Below are positions 40,897 through 55,100 of a stretch of DNA of 64,000 nucleotides, piece by piece. This DNA comes from Okamejei kenojei (taxonomy: Eukaryota): the NCBI GenBank assembly GCA_035221665.1, contig CM069153.1, positions 19,220,001 to 19,284,000 of the forward strand, given 5' to 3'. Below the pieces are notes generated by a model, which saw only the letters and a list, made by a program, of their open reading frames with translations, was not told where the DNA came from and did not search any database. The translations under genes were made by a program, and so were the position numbers. The stretch's first letter is position 1. The number at the start of each line of letters is the position of its first letter.

Positions 40897-43768
40897 CGAG
40901 GGTGGGGGTGGGATGATCGAGAAAGATCATTAAAATAAGTTATGGTGCAAAACTCATTGGGTTAAAACTGTAGGGAGCCGAGGGCAGTGCGCTTTTATTT
41001 TTATAGTGCTCCGTAGTGGCCCAAGAACAGGGTATATTTTGTCAGTTCAAAAGGTGAAACCCAGCAGACTTTTAGTGTAGATCCATCAAGTCAGGAAACG
41101 TCTCAGTAACACAAGCTGTGGGAATAACGCGGGATGCAGGGAAACAGGAGATTTCCCTCTTTCCAGCGAAACCCGCTGCTCTCTCAGCCAGCTGAAGATT
41201 CCTGTGAATGCATTCTGGAAGAGAGCCCTCATTTCCACCCCTCAAAGGACAGAGGGCAACCAAAAAAAAAAAAAAAATCTTCCCATAACCAATTTGCTCT
41301 CCGAGATGTTCCGTCCCCGCCAGTCACGGAGAGATGAGAATGTTTGTGTAACTTGTGGCCGCTGTGATTTTAAACACATGTTCCGGACACATAATGACAG
41401 CCCGCCCCCTCGGCTCACCTGCGAAGTCTGGTCTCCCGGCTAATTTGCCCATTTAAGACGCACCCATTCGTGTCCCCGGCCAAGAAGATATTTCTCAGAA
41501 CCTAGCCTTGGTAGAAAGTGACATGCAACTCGAGTTAAGAATCTAACCGGTAGAGCTGGTTTTTGCCCCATTTGTTCAAATTACAACAATACTCAAACAC
41601 GGCTTTAGAGGTGCCTGCACTAATGAATTCTAGTGATCTGATGATTGACAACAATTACTGGAAATTGCGTTTATCTTCTCTGAAGATTGTTGGCTTTACC
41701 GCGTCTTTACGCCCCGGCACAATGCCGATCGTTAGAATTGTGAAATTGTACAGATTCTTTCAAAACGAAGTTCCTCCAAAAATATTTTTTCTTGGAGCTT
41801 TCGTGTTTTTGTAGATGTGGTTTAAACGTGTTGTTGGCGGGGACTGATATTGAAAGCGATTCGAGATGAACCGATTATGAGGAAGAGCCCCGCTTTTTCT
41901 TCAAAGCTCGAGTCTAACAAAGCGGGTGAGAGGCAGGAGAGAGGGAGCGCGGGAGAAAAGTCCTTTCGCAAATTAAAAACTGAAACGAAATGACAATGTT
42001 GGGTTCGTAGTTGTTTTCAAAATATTGGAGTGTGTAGATTTAATTCTACCTGGCGATGAAACGCTTCGTTTCATTTATTCTTCGGGTTGAAAGATTTGTT
42101 TCAATTGAGATAAAAAAAACAAGGTGTCATTTCAGAGCTGGCGCGACCTCCAGAATCTGATGAGCGTTTTATTCTGATCTCTTTCACCCCCCTCCACATA
42201 CAAATACTTCCAATTGTCCTGTGTCTTCCAAAACGCCTCGGGGAGGGAAGACTTTGATGTAAAGTTTTGTATATGATGAAACGGCACTCTGCTTGAAAGG
42301 CAGAGAGTTGGGAGAAAGTTTCAGCTTCTAATGCCCCCCCCCCCCCCCAACTGCTTTTGAGAATAGTGCACTAAATATGTCAAGCATTTCATAATGATTG
42401 TTCGCAATTATTGTTCTATGAAGTGTATCCTACCGGAAAGTTATAATGAATTGTATAATTTGGAAGTCGTTAAAATACGATTTGTTTTTGTAAATATTGA
42501 GATTTATGGATTATTTGCTTAATTGCCCAAGGACAAGGATTTAAAAAATCGTCAGGGAAAATATAACCATGGATGTGAATACGCATTGTTCCTTAAAGTG
42601 GAGGGAATAATCTGAAAAAATAAAATCCCAACTTTAGCTGCAAGTGGCATTAAGGTAGTCCAGTGGGGGGGGGGGGGGGGGGGGGGGGTCATTGTTTCAC
42701 TTTCCAATATGTTCAATACATTACAACATTGAAATAAGTGTGTGCGTACACGTGTACGATTTTTACAAAGGAATCTATATTTCTGAAATGTTGGAAAATA
42801 CATTGATTGGAATCATGGAAAACGCGGGGCATGCTGTCCGGCAGTAGATTCGCGTGTAGTTCTTCTGCATTATGAGCAGTGGGGGATAAAACGACAGTTA
42901 AGTAAATGTGTAGAATATTTACGTGGCGGAAATCCCGCTTTTTTGTTGTTGATTTTTTGCGCTTGCCTCGGACTGCGTCGTGGCGCACTCGTTTGTTGAC
43001 TTGGATGGAGTGGAATGTAAATCAACATTAAACAACAACAACAACAAAAGGATAGGAAAGCAAAGCTCTCCAAATGTCTGCGTCCTTCTCCCGGCTCTTC
43101 AGAGACGTTTGTCTGGGACTCTCTGCTGTGAGAGCGGGGGAGACGTGTCAACAAGTGCGGGTCCTCTGGATTATCATTGGATGGAAAACACTTCAGCTTC
43201 ACTCCAGGAAGAACTGGAAGTCCATTTTAAACTGAATTTGAATAAGATGGGCAACTTTAGAAATTGAACGAAAGTCTTTCCTATTACACCTCCCGCAATA
43301 GAAAGAATAGGGACCCCGATAGAAAGCTTAACACTATTGACTTATTTGGCAATACATTTCAGTTCAAACTAATCTCTTCTTCTAATTTTTTGCTATTCAT
43401 TTTTTGCCCACCGAAAATGCACAAATTTGCTAATTAAATTTCAGACGACTATCCTACTTGGTTACTTAATTACACTCCCTACACAATCCAAAGCATATGT
43501 TAGTTTAACTTGGCAATATGTTCGGCACAGATTTTGTGGGCCGATGACCTGTTCTTGTGCTGTAATTTACCATTTTCTATGCGCATCCCACTGTCAATCC
43601 ATTTCGGTTAGGTATGCGCCCTAGCTGAGCGAGAAAACAAAAATAAATGGCTCGGTCAACAGCAGTCCCAATGGACTGCCGGAGAGTGGAGTTTTTAAGT
43701 TTGTTTCTATTTACTCTCATAACATAGAACAGTTGTTTCCACCTACCCAAATTTCCTTCGTTTAATCT

Positions 43769-43799
<31 letters not shown>

Positions 43800-44902
43800 A
43801 CAAAACCTTGGGACGGAGGTGGGAAACGAAATAAACAAGAGTGTCCATCTGCCAGGGTTTGGTCGGCTGCTTTATGTTTAGTTGGGAGATCATTGTAATC
43901 CGGCCCAACAGCGAGCGCCGGCTCATTATAACGGGTCTGGGGGCTGGTTGCGGTCCAGATATTGATGGTTTAACCCCGGACTCGTTTATCAACGGAGGCC
44001 AACGGAATCAATCGGGTGAAAAGTTGCTCCATACTGTATGTCAATCTGGAATAGCGTTGTGTCTTCTGAAATTGGATCGCGACCACAGATCCTTCGTCCC
44101 TTTGACCCGAAGAGCAACTAATTGCAATTTAGCAAACTAGAGTTTACTCAAAGTTCTTCTATTCCGGTGTCCACGGTGCTTATTAATATTAGTATTTTAA
44201 AATAGACGGAATAATGTCTCCTGTTGCTCCAACGTCCAGTTGTCATTCAGACTAAAACACCCACGGTTTGCCCTCTACATTAATTGGGTAGATACATTAG
44301 ATAACGGGTTGAAAGTTTGCTATTGACATTGCGTTTGTTTTTGAAGGTTTGTTGGGGGGGGGGGGGGAGAGGTTGCGGGGTTTTAACCTCGTTTTTCTTG
44401 CAGTGGTATAAATAGCCTGTGTTCAGAGGGCGGCGAGGCAGCTCGCTGTGAGTCCTGCGGACAGATGGCCATTTCCATTCCGTGCCACTGCTGCCACCGT
44501 CAGGCGGTGCCGATGCACGTCCTCAACACTCGTTCTTTCCACAGCCAACAAGTGCCGACCGAAAACCCCCCTCAGCAAATAGGAACTAAAAAAAAAAAAG
44601 AAGGGGGGGGGGGGGGGGACAAGTCTTCACTCCATCCCAAAAGATCGAGTTTGTTTCTGCCTCGCCTGTAGGAGTCTTGAAATTTAACTCTACAACCCTT
44701 TCCTGCCTGCGAATGGCATCTCTACCCTGCCACGCTACCAAAATACGAAAAATGCATATTCCAACCAAGTCAAGAGTGTTTAACTGCCATGTACACCGGG
44801 ACGGAAAAAAAAAGAAATTCTTACTTGTTGCAACTTTACAGGCACTGTTTATAGAGTAGACACCAGTCGCATTCCAAAGTCACATGGATATGAATACGAG
44901 TG

Positions 44903-45155
44903 GGACAGCGGTACAATTCGTGCCTGACAGCACCAAGACATGGGTTCAATCTTGATTAGCACGGAGTTTGCACGTTCTTCCTGAGACCGCGAGGGTTTTC
45001 TGCGGGTGCTCTGATTTCCACCCACACTCCAAAGACCTATACGTTTTGAGGTTAATTGGCTTCGGTAACAATTGTCCCTCGTGTGTAGGATAGTGCCAGT
45101 GTAGGGGCATCACTGGTCCTCGTGGACTCTGCGCTGTATCTCTAAAGTAAAAGTT
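44903..45155 (+). mobile_element. V-SINE (HE1-like)
   Basis: gggttcaatc B-box and cggagtttgcacgttcttcc V-domain. Confidence 0.75.
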
Positions 45156-48100
45156 TAAAGATCCACAACAATGCAAATTGCTGAATTAGTAATTGGCAGC
45201 AGGGGAGAATAGTGGGGAATGGAGTGGCTAAGAGGTGCCACAGACTTGATGGACCAAATGGGATCTTAATATCCTCAGGAAATCTACAAATTGACGATTT
45301 GTGCGACTGGGAATTGACGGCTGGAAGGTTTCTCTTTATTTCTCAAACTAGCCCTGTTTGAGAGGTTGTCCAGTTTCCTGTGGTGATCTCCCCAGCTGTG
45401 CGTGAGGCGGAGGCAGGGACAGGAGGGTTTACTCGGACCATCCTGAGGTCTTTGCTGAGCATTCAGTAACATGAAACTAACCCCCCCCCCCCCCCCACCA
45501 CCTCCATGAGTAACTTTTTAGAAAATAACAGCAGTAAGTTTTAGAAAGATTGAATAACTCCAGTTAAATTTGAATTAATATCTGTAACCAGAAACACTGA
45601 CTGGTCTAAACCCAGTGGGAAATGAACGGTTGCAGAAATTTATATCCCCGGAAAGGGTTTTAACCCGTGCTTGCATTGGCGTTTGAAAGAAGAAATGATT
45701 TGTCCTCAACAGTCCCTCTCAAAGAGTTTTAGGATAGCTGAGCATTTGCAAACATAAACTTCTGCTTTGGAAAACATTGGCTTGACTTGGTAATTGTAAT
45801 TGGTTGCCAACCATTATTTTCAGTAATGTGCCCGAAGGAAGTGCAGATACTGGTTTACACAGAAGATAGACACAAAATGTTGGAGTAACTCAGCGGGTCA
45901 GGCAGCATCTCTGGAGTGAAGGAATGGGTGACACTTCAGTTCGAAGATCTTTCTTCAGTTTGATTCAACACTTATTTTTTTGCCGGGCCATGTTTTGTGT
46001 GTCTGAAACCAAATAAAGATTATTGTTCAAACCCTTTGAAACCTAAAAGTATGAGTGTCTCTGGTTAGAATTATAATCTCATTGTAGTTTAATAGTGTGA
46101 GAAGACAATGATGAGACTCAGTCTTGCAGAAGGGTCTCGACCAAAACGTCACCCATTCCTTCTCTCTTCTCTTGCCTGTCCCGCTGAGTTATTTTGTGTC
46201 TATCTACATTCCCTTCTAGAATGGGATGGACAGTTTGCGACGGAGAATGTAAGAGCAGCGAGGTAGGGTGTTGGGGCCACCAATGGTAAGGCACAGATTA
46301 CCAATGTAATGCCATTTGACTTACGGAGCAGGAAAGGGGTGTGGTGTTTGGGACAGAGAGGGGGAGGCTGCGGAGAGTCGGGCATGGTGAAGGCATGTTA
46401 GTAGCATCAGCTGCCATCACCGATTGGAATCCAGTGGGTAAATATCCTCGCTTGTAGGGTTACATAGAAATTAATGGCATTCTTATTGCTGATGAGCCGC
46501 AGACCAGTATACTCTTGAGGGACTTATGCCTTGCCAATAATAGATGTATGTGACTTCAATGTCGATATACGTACACCATACAGGCCATTGGTGGAGAATG
46601 GACATTACTTGGGCTTGGCTCCTGATCCCCTTGTGATGAACAGTACTGTGGGAGAAGGAAAGGAAAGACAATGTATTTCACTTTTCAGTAAGGTCCAGTG
46701 TGCAGAATAAAATCTAACTTCATTATAAAAAGAAAAGCCCAGTTTTGTTCTGCTGTAACCTAATAAGGATTCTTGTTCAGATCCTAGGAAACCAGGATGT
46801 ATGAATGCGTCTGGTTAGAATATTAATCTCATTGTAGTTTAATAGTGTGAAAGGACAACAGTGTGACTCACCGGTACCTTAATTACCTAGAATAATTTGT
46901 GTGTTAAATTTCAAGTTCCTTATCAGAACTGTACTGTGTGCCAACTTTGGAGACATGGAAACTTGTTTTATTGAAGCGAATATCCTTATATCCTGGGGCT
47001 TCAATAGGCATTGCAGATATATTTACATGTGACTATATACATTTAAAATAATAGCATAAATTAAGAGATAATAGTATAATTCTATGCAATAGGCATTTTC
47101 TTTCAATTCGTATATCGTGCATTGTTTAAATTGTATTATCGAAACCATTGGAGCAGATCTCATTAAAGGGAACATAAAAGCAACACACTCTATTGTAGCA
47201 TAGTTGCTCCAAATGTGGCAGATCCACTGTGTTGCTGAAACTTAGGATCCAATTATATACTTAATGAATAGTTTGTATTTGGGGACCATCACTTGTGCTA
47301 GAGTAAGGACTCTGCGTAACCTTTGTCCAGCAGATTACAGAAGGCATCTTTACCGAAAACATTGTAATTGCCAAACAACATAAGTGGATGGGCGATGGGT
47401 AAACGACCTGCCTGCTTGTTGATTTTTTCCTTTGGTTCGTTTATTGACACAATGTCGTTTGCACACAAGCTCTTTTGCACGACAAATATTGATTCATTTA
47501 CCCACTGCTGTTTTCCATTCACGTGAATTCTTTTGGACTGCATTTTAAAAATTAATTGCAGCATTTATCATTGAATAAGGCAAGATGTGGGGAACCTTCC
47601 ATTGCAGTCTGATGAGGTTTGTCGCATGTTGGAACAAAGTTGAGCTGCCGTTTTGAATTTTTATCTTAACATTTGAGTGATTACATAATCTCTGAGATTA
47701 CGTAAAAATGATCGTGAAAAGAACCCCAGATATTGCTGGTGTAATTAGTTGTATATAAAGTATCAGTACCAGGGTCTGCCTGTGTTTGCTTTACAAGAAT
47801 TGAGGTTTTGAAGTTATCATTAATTCGTCTGTCTGAAGCAATGTTCTGTGAGGAGGACAATAACCGACAGGACAATTTAAAACATCATAGATAAGAAGAG
47901 GACAAGCAGTTCAAGAATGTGAAATGGTTTTAATGAGATAGCATTATTATTAATTGTGGTGGGGCTATTAACAATAAAAGACTACATTCTTTCAATTGCA
48001 CAATCTTGCACATTTACTATTTTAATTTTTATTGCATTAATGTGAGAGAAAGACATCTCAACTGTACATTGCCTGCACTTTTCAATGGTTTTGTGGAAAG

Positions 48101-50129
48101 CACGGAGCACGTTCATTTTATCAGAATCCAGACCAACATGCTTCAGACAGCTGCAATGTTTCAAATGAATCAATACCAAATTTCTTAAAGGGTTTTGAAT
48201 GCCGTTATGTAAACACACAGATTGAGTCTGTATTTAAAATTAATTTGCAGGGAAATAACTATTATGGAAAATTTACAATACACTTTACAAGTTTGCAAAT
48301 GGAGTTTTCATAACTACTTACATTATTAATTAAGAGTTTAATTCCAATTTTAAATGGCAATATATTGCATGTACGTTCGTAATAGCTCATGTGCAGGATT
48401 AGTTTTCACTCAATTATCAGAACAGAGCACTGGTAATATTTGTTTTATGGATCAGATTAATGTGTCACACTTATGAAATCAGTCAATTGTACCAATCGCC
48501 ATTATCTCACTTAAAAAAATATTCTTGCATATAGCTAACTGTTAACGCTGATATTTTTCTATTTTAAGGAAATTAAGATGAATTGAGAGTTATGATGAGT
48601 AGTAGTCTCTCAAAACCTTCAAGATCAATTTAAATAGGTAATAAAATGATTATAAATCAACTGCATTATCAGTGAAAATCACTAGATTTGTCGATGGGAG
48701 AGAAACTAGTGAAATTATGCAAGCTTGTTTTAATGCCAGAAAAATATCTGTACAACTAATGATATGTTACCACAATGATGTACATATGATATATCCCATG
48801 TACATACAATACATATATGATACATATAATCCTAATACATCATGGTATAATTCTTAATTTTTTATGACAATTTCATGATTATCCCTGGGACAGTCACAAT
48901 GACGTTGCTGAATGTTTGCAGTTTGTACGAGTATCTATGTCTATTAGAGCTGCTCTTACTGCTGCCTTATGGTTTCCAAAAATAATACATTTGCCTTCCT
49001 GCTCACTGTGTAAACATCACAGATACCTTGCAGTGAACATTAATGATAGCATATTTGATTGTGAATATTTTACTATCTGAAATAGTTGTTGCATGTGTTG
49101 CAATTTCTCCATTTATGCTGCCAATGGTTCTAGTGCTTTCACACGGTAAGGTGAAAATTACCTCATAATATAGCGTCAGTTTACCTCATAATATAGCTTC
49201 AGTGACACAAGAATTAGCATGGAAATTCACATTCCAAATGAACCATCTAGAAAATAGCTTTTCATATTTATTTGACCCTTTTATGTGAAATTCTGTAGTT
49301 AATTATTAATTGGTTGCTCCATTGTAAACGTATTTAGACGCAAAAATACAATTGCTTAATTTCTAGAATTTTTTATAAAAACTGTTGAAATTGTTCTTTG
49401 GAAAGTTACAGTTGGCTTTGCAAGCATTATGCTGTTACACTTGTTTTTACTTGGCCTGGGGATCATGGATGGGAAGTTTTCTGCTTGATATTCGATATGG
49501 TTAAGTCTTTGTGACTTAAACCATCATCCATTTATATCACATTTAATCTTATTTTTCTATCAGAATAATATACGCTTTTCATATTAACAATGGGAACATG
49601 GACACATTCATAATTCTTGGCAACACTGTTTGATTCATCTAGTATACCAGAGCATTGAAGAATGTGCATTGTGCTAAAATTACAACTGAATCCTTTCAGT
49701 GCAAATTAGCATTGCTTTCTGTTAACATGCAAAGTCTATGTCATTATAGAAGACATTCTTTTAATTGTACTTACTCTATTGATACAGGTCAAAATATAAT
49801 GCAAAGGGACTATCTGTTTGAGAAAAATAATTGTACTTTGAGTTTTTATTTATTTTGCTTCATTTGTATACATCCAACATTAAATACTTTTTTTTTTCAA
49901 ATGATTGATTTCTTTGACCCTGGTGTCCTTTTGGACTGCCAGTCCTTGACCAAACTGGTTTGCATTTCAGATTATGTAATGAACTGGACCATTAGTATTC
50001 TGGGTAAGGTCAGGCCTATATCCTGTAGTTTAAGGAACAAAGTAACAAAACCTCTTATCATTGTCGTTGTTTGATTGCCTAATTCACTACTCCGATAGGT
50101 TTAATGGGACAGGCAGGTTTAATAAAGTT

Positions 50130-50540
50130 ATGGAGTCACACAGCACAGAAATGGGCTCTTCTGCCCACCATATCCATGCCAAGCATCGGTACTTATCTAC
50201 AATAATCCCACTTGCCAGCACTTGTTCCACAGCCTACTATGCCTTTCATCAAGTGGATAATTAAATGTTGTGGGAGTACTTGACTCTACCAGTATATTTG
50301 AGATTGCAACCAGTCTATGGGTGGGGAAAACATCTTCCTGAGATTCCCTCTAAACCTCTTACTCCTCACATGGTTTATGTGAATCTATGCTTTCAGGTCT
50401 TAGATGCCTTTGCCATGGGGAAAGGTTTCTTACAGCTACCCTACATATGCTTCTGGTAGTTTGGTGCACCTCATTCACAGTCCCCCTATCAGCCCCCTCT
50501 GCTGCAATGAAAACAATGCTAGCTTACACATTTCTACAAA
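50130..50540 (-). mobile_element. Degenerate CR1 3' fragment
   Basis: catagagtca-like tail start (ggagtcacacagcacagaaatgggctcttctgccc) followed by decayed ORF2 sequence. Confidence 0.5.
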
Positions 50541-51865
50541 GCGCTCCGTGCTGTAGCATGCCAAACACACCACCTGTTCTGATATTTGTTGGAAACAGGA
50601 GGATCCAGTTATAAAATAATTCATCTCTTGCATTAGAGCTTTGGCTTGGAAAATAAACGTAACCATTCAAAGTCTAAACTGAGTGTTCCGCTGAAACCGG
50701 ATCATTTGAAAACTTACACTGAGGTCAACTTATTACACGTGGGATCATTTGTAGAACGTGAATCCAGATCGATTGACTTTCAATTGATTTTTTAAATGTA
50801 GTACAGAGTTTGTTCTGTAGTTTATAAAACGTTCTGACTTCTGCATAGCTTTTTCTCTCAATAAGATTAACCCGCATTTGTAAAATTGCAGGTTTGAAAA
50901 TTGTTAGAAACTAAATGACAATTCCTTTCTCCTTTCACCGTTATTTTTCTCTTGATTTCAGCACCGCGCATAATTTCATGATCGGTGGGAAAGCCTTGAG
51001 TGGCTTGCTCAGTGTATCAAGTTAATGCTGGCCAAAGACCTGTGATCGCAAACCATAAAATGCCCTTGTCTAAAGTTGTATGTAATTAGGCCACTGTGAG
51101 GCAAAAGACAATGTCCTCCCTTACAAAATGTTCGGCTTGAAGAGCACTTATCACCGAGTGCAATTAAGTCCCAGTGCACTGGAGGAACGGGTGTTGTATA
51201 AATAAAACACTTTCCTCTGTACATTAAAAGATTACTTTCTCTCCTGTATTGTTTGTGATCATTATCCCAACAGTCTCTACCTAAGCAGCATTAAAAACAG
51301 TGGGGAGCTGCAGAATCACATGGAAACCCCTTGCATCCTATCCCGTTCCAACTCCTTAGCTGGACACAATGCCTGGAGTGGCCTCTTCACAGCAGTGGAA
51401 TTACTTCTGCTGCACAAACCCCTTTCATCTTGCACTGAGAAGCAGTGGATTGTTTTCATTCTGAATTACAGAGACTAATTGTGAGGGGGACATGGGGAGA
51501 GGGGAGGGCTGATGCTACTGGGGTGGCCTGGCACCCGCTGATCACCACTGAATGTGGCCACAACAGTTGGGAAAACATGGCTGAGCCAGATAGGAATCCC
51601 CCGCTGAAGACGGAAACAAAAGTGATTCAGTCCAACAGGAACTCCATGTCAAACACCCATGTCAGCAGAAAGCCTTCAACACATGGTGTACCGTCAATTA
51701 TTGTTCATGATCATTCAAACAACTCTGCTCATCCAGCCTCTTTCAGTGCATATTTCTTTTTCCTTATTAAGGTTTGCTTTCCCCCGTAGCTGAAGTCAGC
51801 TGTATCCATCAAAGCCAGTTGATCTGTAGGTCTCTTGCACAGCAATAAAACCCTTCTTAGTTTTA

Positions 51866-52195
51866 TTTTTTTAGTTTAGAGATAGAGACTGGAAACAAGC
51901 CCTTCAGTTCACCGAATCCGTGCCAACCAATGATCACCTCTACACTACTTCTATCCTATATAGATCAGGGTCTGTACTTTTTCTGTGCACAATAATTTGC
52001 ATTATCCTGCGCATTAGGGACAATTTACAATTTTTGCTGAAGCCAATTAGCCTACAAGCCTGAACGTCTTTGGTGTATGTGAGGAAACCGGAGCTCCCGG
52101 AGAAAACCCATGCAATCATGGGGAGAACATACAAACTGAAAAGACAGCACTGGTAGTTAGGATCAAACCCGGGTCACTCTCCACTGTGCTGCCCA
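51866..52195 (-). mobile_element. V-SINE (HE1-like)
   Basis: Reverse complement of the family consensus. Confidence 0.75.
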
Positions 52196-53315
52196 AGTTG
52201 TTCTTGTTTTAGAAAAAACAGAAAGATGATTTTATGGGTTTCTAATTTAAGTGTTGGATAGTTATTCTAATATGAAGCTCCTTACTGATGTTAATGAAAA
52301 AAATTGAAGAGGGACAATAAGGGCATAAGACGCAGCCAGCACCAAACTAGTTCCATCAATGATTAACTCTTAATGCACCAGTGACTCATCCATCCATCAA
52401 GAGGCACAAACCTGGCATAAATACTCCTTTAATTTTACCAGAAAATGTCAATGTTGACTATAAAGTTGTAACGGTGCTGACACCTTGAGGGGTTCTTCTC
52501 ATGAAGATTCTTTAGTGATAAACTAACTTTTGGGAAGATTGATGTTCACTCTGTAAAATATTGCTGTTGAGGTTTAAGCCATTTGCAATCCATGAGGATA
52601 ATTATTTCCCACTAATTTTATAGCAGCAATAGCTCTCAGATCCCTGGCTAATGTAAATGAATGGTTAATTCCTCCCCCCCCCCCCCCCCCCAAGGAATAC
52701 ATGGAGAACATTTTAATCAATCGCAGATGAGTAGCCTTTAAGTTATGTGGTTTTGCTCATAGGTATTGGTGGAAGAGTTACTTTATGATTTATTTACACT
52801 TACAGTACACTCATTACTGGGTGCCACACTCATTACTATTGAGCATGGAAAAAGTAGTCCGTGAACCAATTTCATCATGCTTTATTTCAATGTATCATGC
52901 ATGCTCTCCAAAATGGCTTCTAACAAATGGCAACCGTTGTGCATTATGTAAATGGCAACATTCTGCTTTAATTCGTTGCTTTGCCATGGCGATGCCAACC
53001 AAGCAATGGAATTGTTGCAGAGAATAGTCTTAGTTATTCTTGTTAAAACAACAGAACATGAATATAAAATCTCCCTCGGGCTCATCCAGCCTCTTCAGGG
53101 TTCAAACCTCTCACAGTCTTGCAATATTTATTTAACCAGTTACCAAGCATGAGACACAACAGCAGAGTCATTCCAGGTTGTAACTGGATCGGTCTACATG
53201 TGTGGCAGATTTTGCATGGGCCCAGTGTTGTCCAACACTCCTGTTTCATGTGGAGATTGAAATGCCCAGGGTATGAAACCGATGGGAAGTAAAGGGAGAA
53301 ATAAAGAACAGCTGT

Positions 53316-53524
53316 GTAGGAAAGAACTACAAGAGGCTGGTTTAAACCGAAGATAAACACAAAATGCTGGAGTAACTCAGCGGGACAGGCAGCATCTCTG
53401 CAGAGAAGGAATGGGTGATGTTTCGAGTCGAGACCCTTCTTCAGTCTGACCCAAAACTTCACCGATTCCTTCTCTCCAGAGATGCTGCCTGTCCCGCTGA
53501 GTTACTCCAGCTTTTTGTGTCTAT
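53316..53524. mobile_element. Palindromic (inverted dimer) Penelope-derived element
   Basis: A minus copy then a plus copy joined at the hammerhead core, with one 14-bp TSD TAAAGAACAGCTGT at 53302-53315 and 53525-53538. Confidence 0.85.
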
Positions 53525-53719
53525 TAAAGAACAGCTGTTCCATTCCTCTCAAAATGATGGGGACTACAAATTGTTTTATCTGATGCCATCTTTAAAGTCA
53601 TAACATATTTCTCATTTTGCCTCATGCATCCGTGTTGGATAACTACCCGTCACAGAACCATGGTACGATGGTATAAGTGTCTCCCACATCATGCAATGCA
53701 TTTCCAGCAATTCAATGTG

Positions 53720-54270
53720 GAGTTTAGTTTAGTTCAGAGATACAGCGTGGAAACAGACTCTTCAGCGCACCAAGTCAGCATCGACCAACGATCACCCATA
53801 CACTAGTACTATCCTACACACCAGGGGCTGAAGAAGGGTCTCTACCCAAAACATCACCTATTCCTTTTCTTCAGAGATGCTGCCTGATACGCTGTCTGTT
53901 TCTCCAGCTTTTTGTCATTTATCTCACAATTTACAGAAGTCAATTAACCTACAAACCTGCACGGCCTTGGGATGTACAGTGGCGCAGTGGTAGTGTTGCT
54001 GCCTTACAGCGCCAGAGACCCGAGTTTGATCCTGACTATCCGTGCTCTTTGTATGGAGTTTGTATTTCTCCCTTTGACTGCGTGGATTTTCTCCGGGTGT
54101 TCCGGTTTCCTCCCGCACTCCACGGACATGCAGGTCTGTAGGTTAATTGGCTTCTGTAAACAATCCCTAGTGTGCTGAACTAGTATAGAACTAGTGTACG
54201 GTTGAAGGCTGGTCGGTGTGGACTCCTGGACTGAAGGGCCTGTTTCCACACTGTATCTCTAAACTAAACA
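53720..54270. mobile_element. Composite: minus V-SINE half (with a Penelope-derived insert at 53827-53924) fused to a full plus V-SINE (about 53975-54270)
   Basis: tttagtttag tail at the left, ctaaactaaa tail at the right, and CTGAAGAAGGGTCTC core inside. Confidence 0.75.
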
Positions 54271-54844
54271 CGAGACTCACTACTCCTGACCGTCAGAGTA
54301 AGCACAGAAGGATGGGAGGTATAAGGTGCTTTCAAGACATGAAATGGATTAGAGTCTGAACTATGTGGATCTGGTCCAAATTGTGTATTCTCACAAAAGA
54401 TATCTACTAAAACAAAAGTACTTGCATGGAAGCATGCATGGGAAAAATGCACAGGAACCTGCATGGAGCTGTAAATGATGCGGCTAAACCTTGTATCCGG
54501 TTCCAGAATGGTGTCAGTTCTACTGTGCTGCACATGAACTAGAAATCCCTTTAGCTGAGTATCCTGTGCAAAAAAAACAAACTGCTGGACAAATTCAGCG
54601 AGTCAGGCAGCATCCATGGAGGGAAATGGACAGTCCACATTTCAGGTTGAAACCATTCCCGTGGACTGGCACAGTAGAGGGGTGACAGTTAGTATAAAAG
54701 GGTGAGGAGGTTGAGACAAGACATAGACAATGGGTGGATATAGCTGGGGTGGGACAAGTGTAGATGGGACATCTTGGTTAGCATGGGCTAGTTGGGCTAT
54801 TTCCATACTGTACGTCTCTAAAGCACGTATGTAGTACAGTAGAC

Positions 54845-55100
54845 CATGGTGCAGTGGTAGAGCTACTGCCTGACAGTGCCAGAGACCCCAGTTCGATCCT
54901 GACTTTGGGTGCTCTCTGTACGTTCTCCCTGTGACCGTTCCGGTGCCCTCCCTCATTCCAAAGACATACAGGTTTGTAGGTTAATTTGGTAAAAATCGTG
55001 AATTGTCCCTAGAGTGTAGGATAGTGCTAGAGTACAGGGTGATAGCTGGTCGGCATGGGTTTGGTGGGCTGCAGGGCTTGTTTCTGTGCAGTATCTGTAC
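54845..55100 (+). mobile_element. V-SINE (HE1-like)
   Basis: ggtgcagtggtagagctactgcc...gttcgatcc head plus body. Confidence 0.75.
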
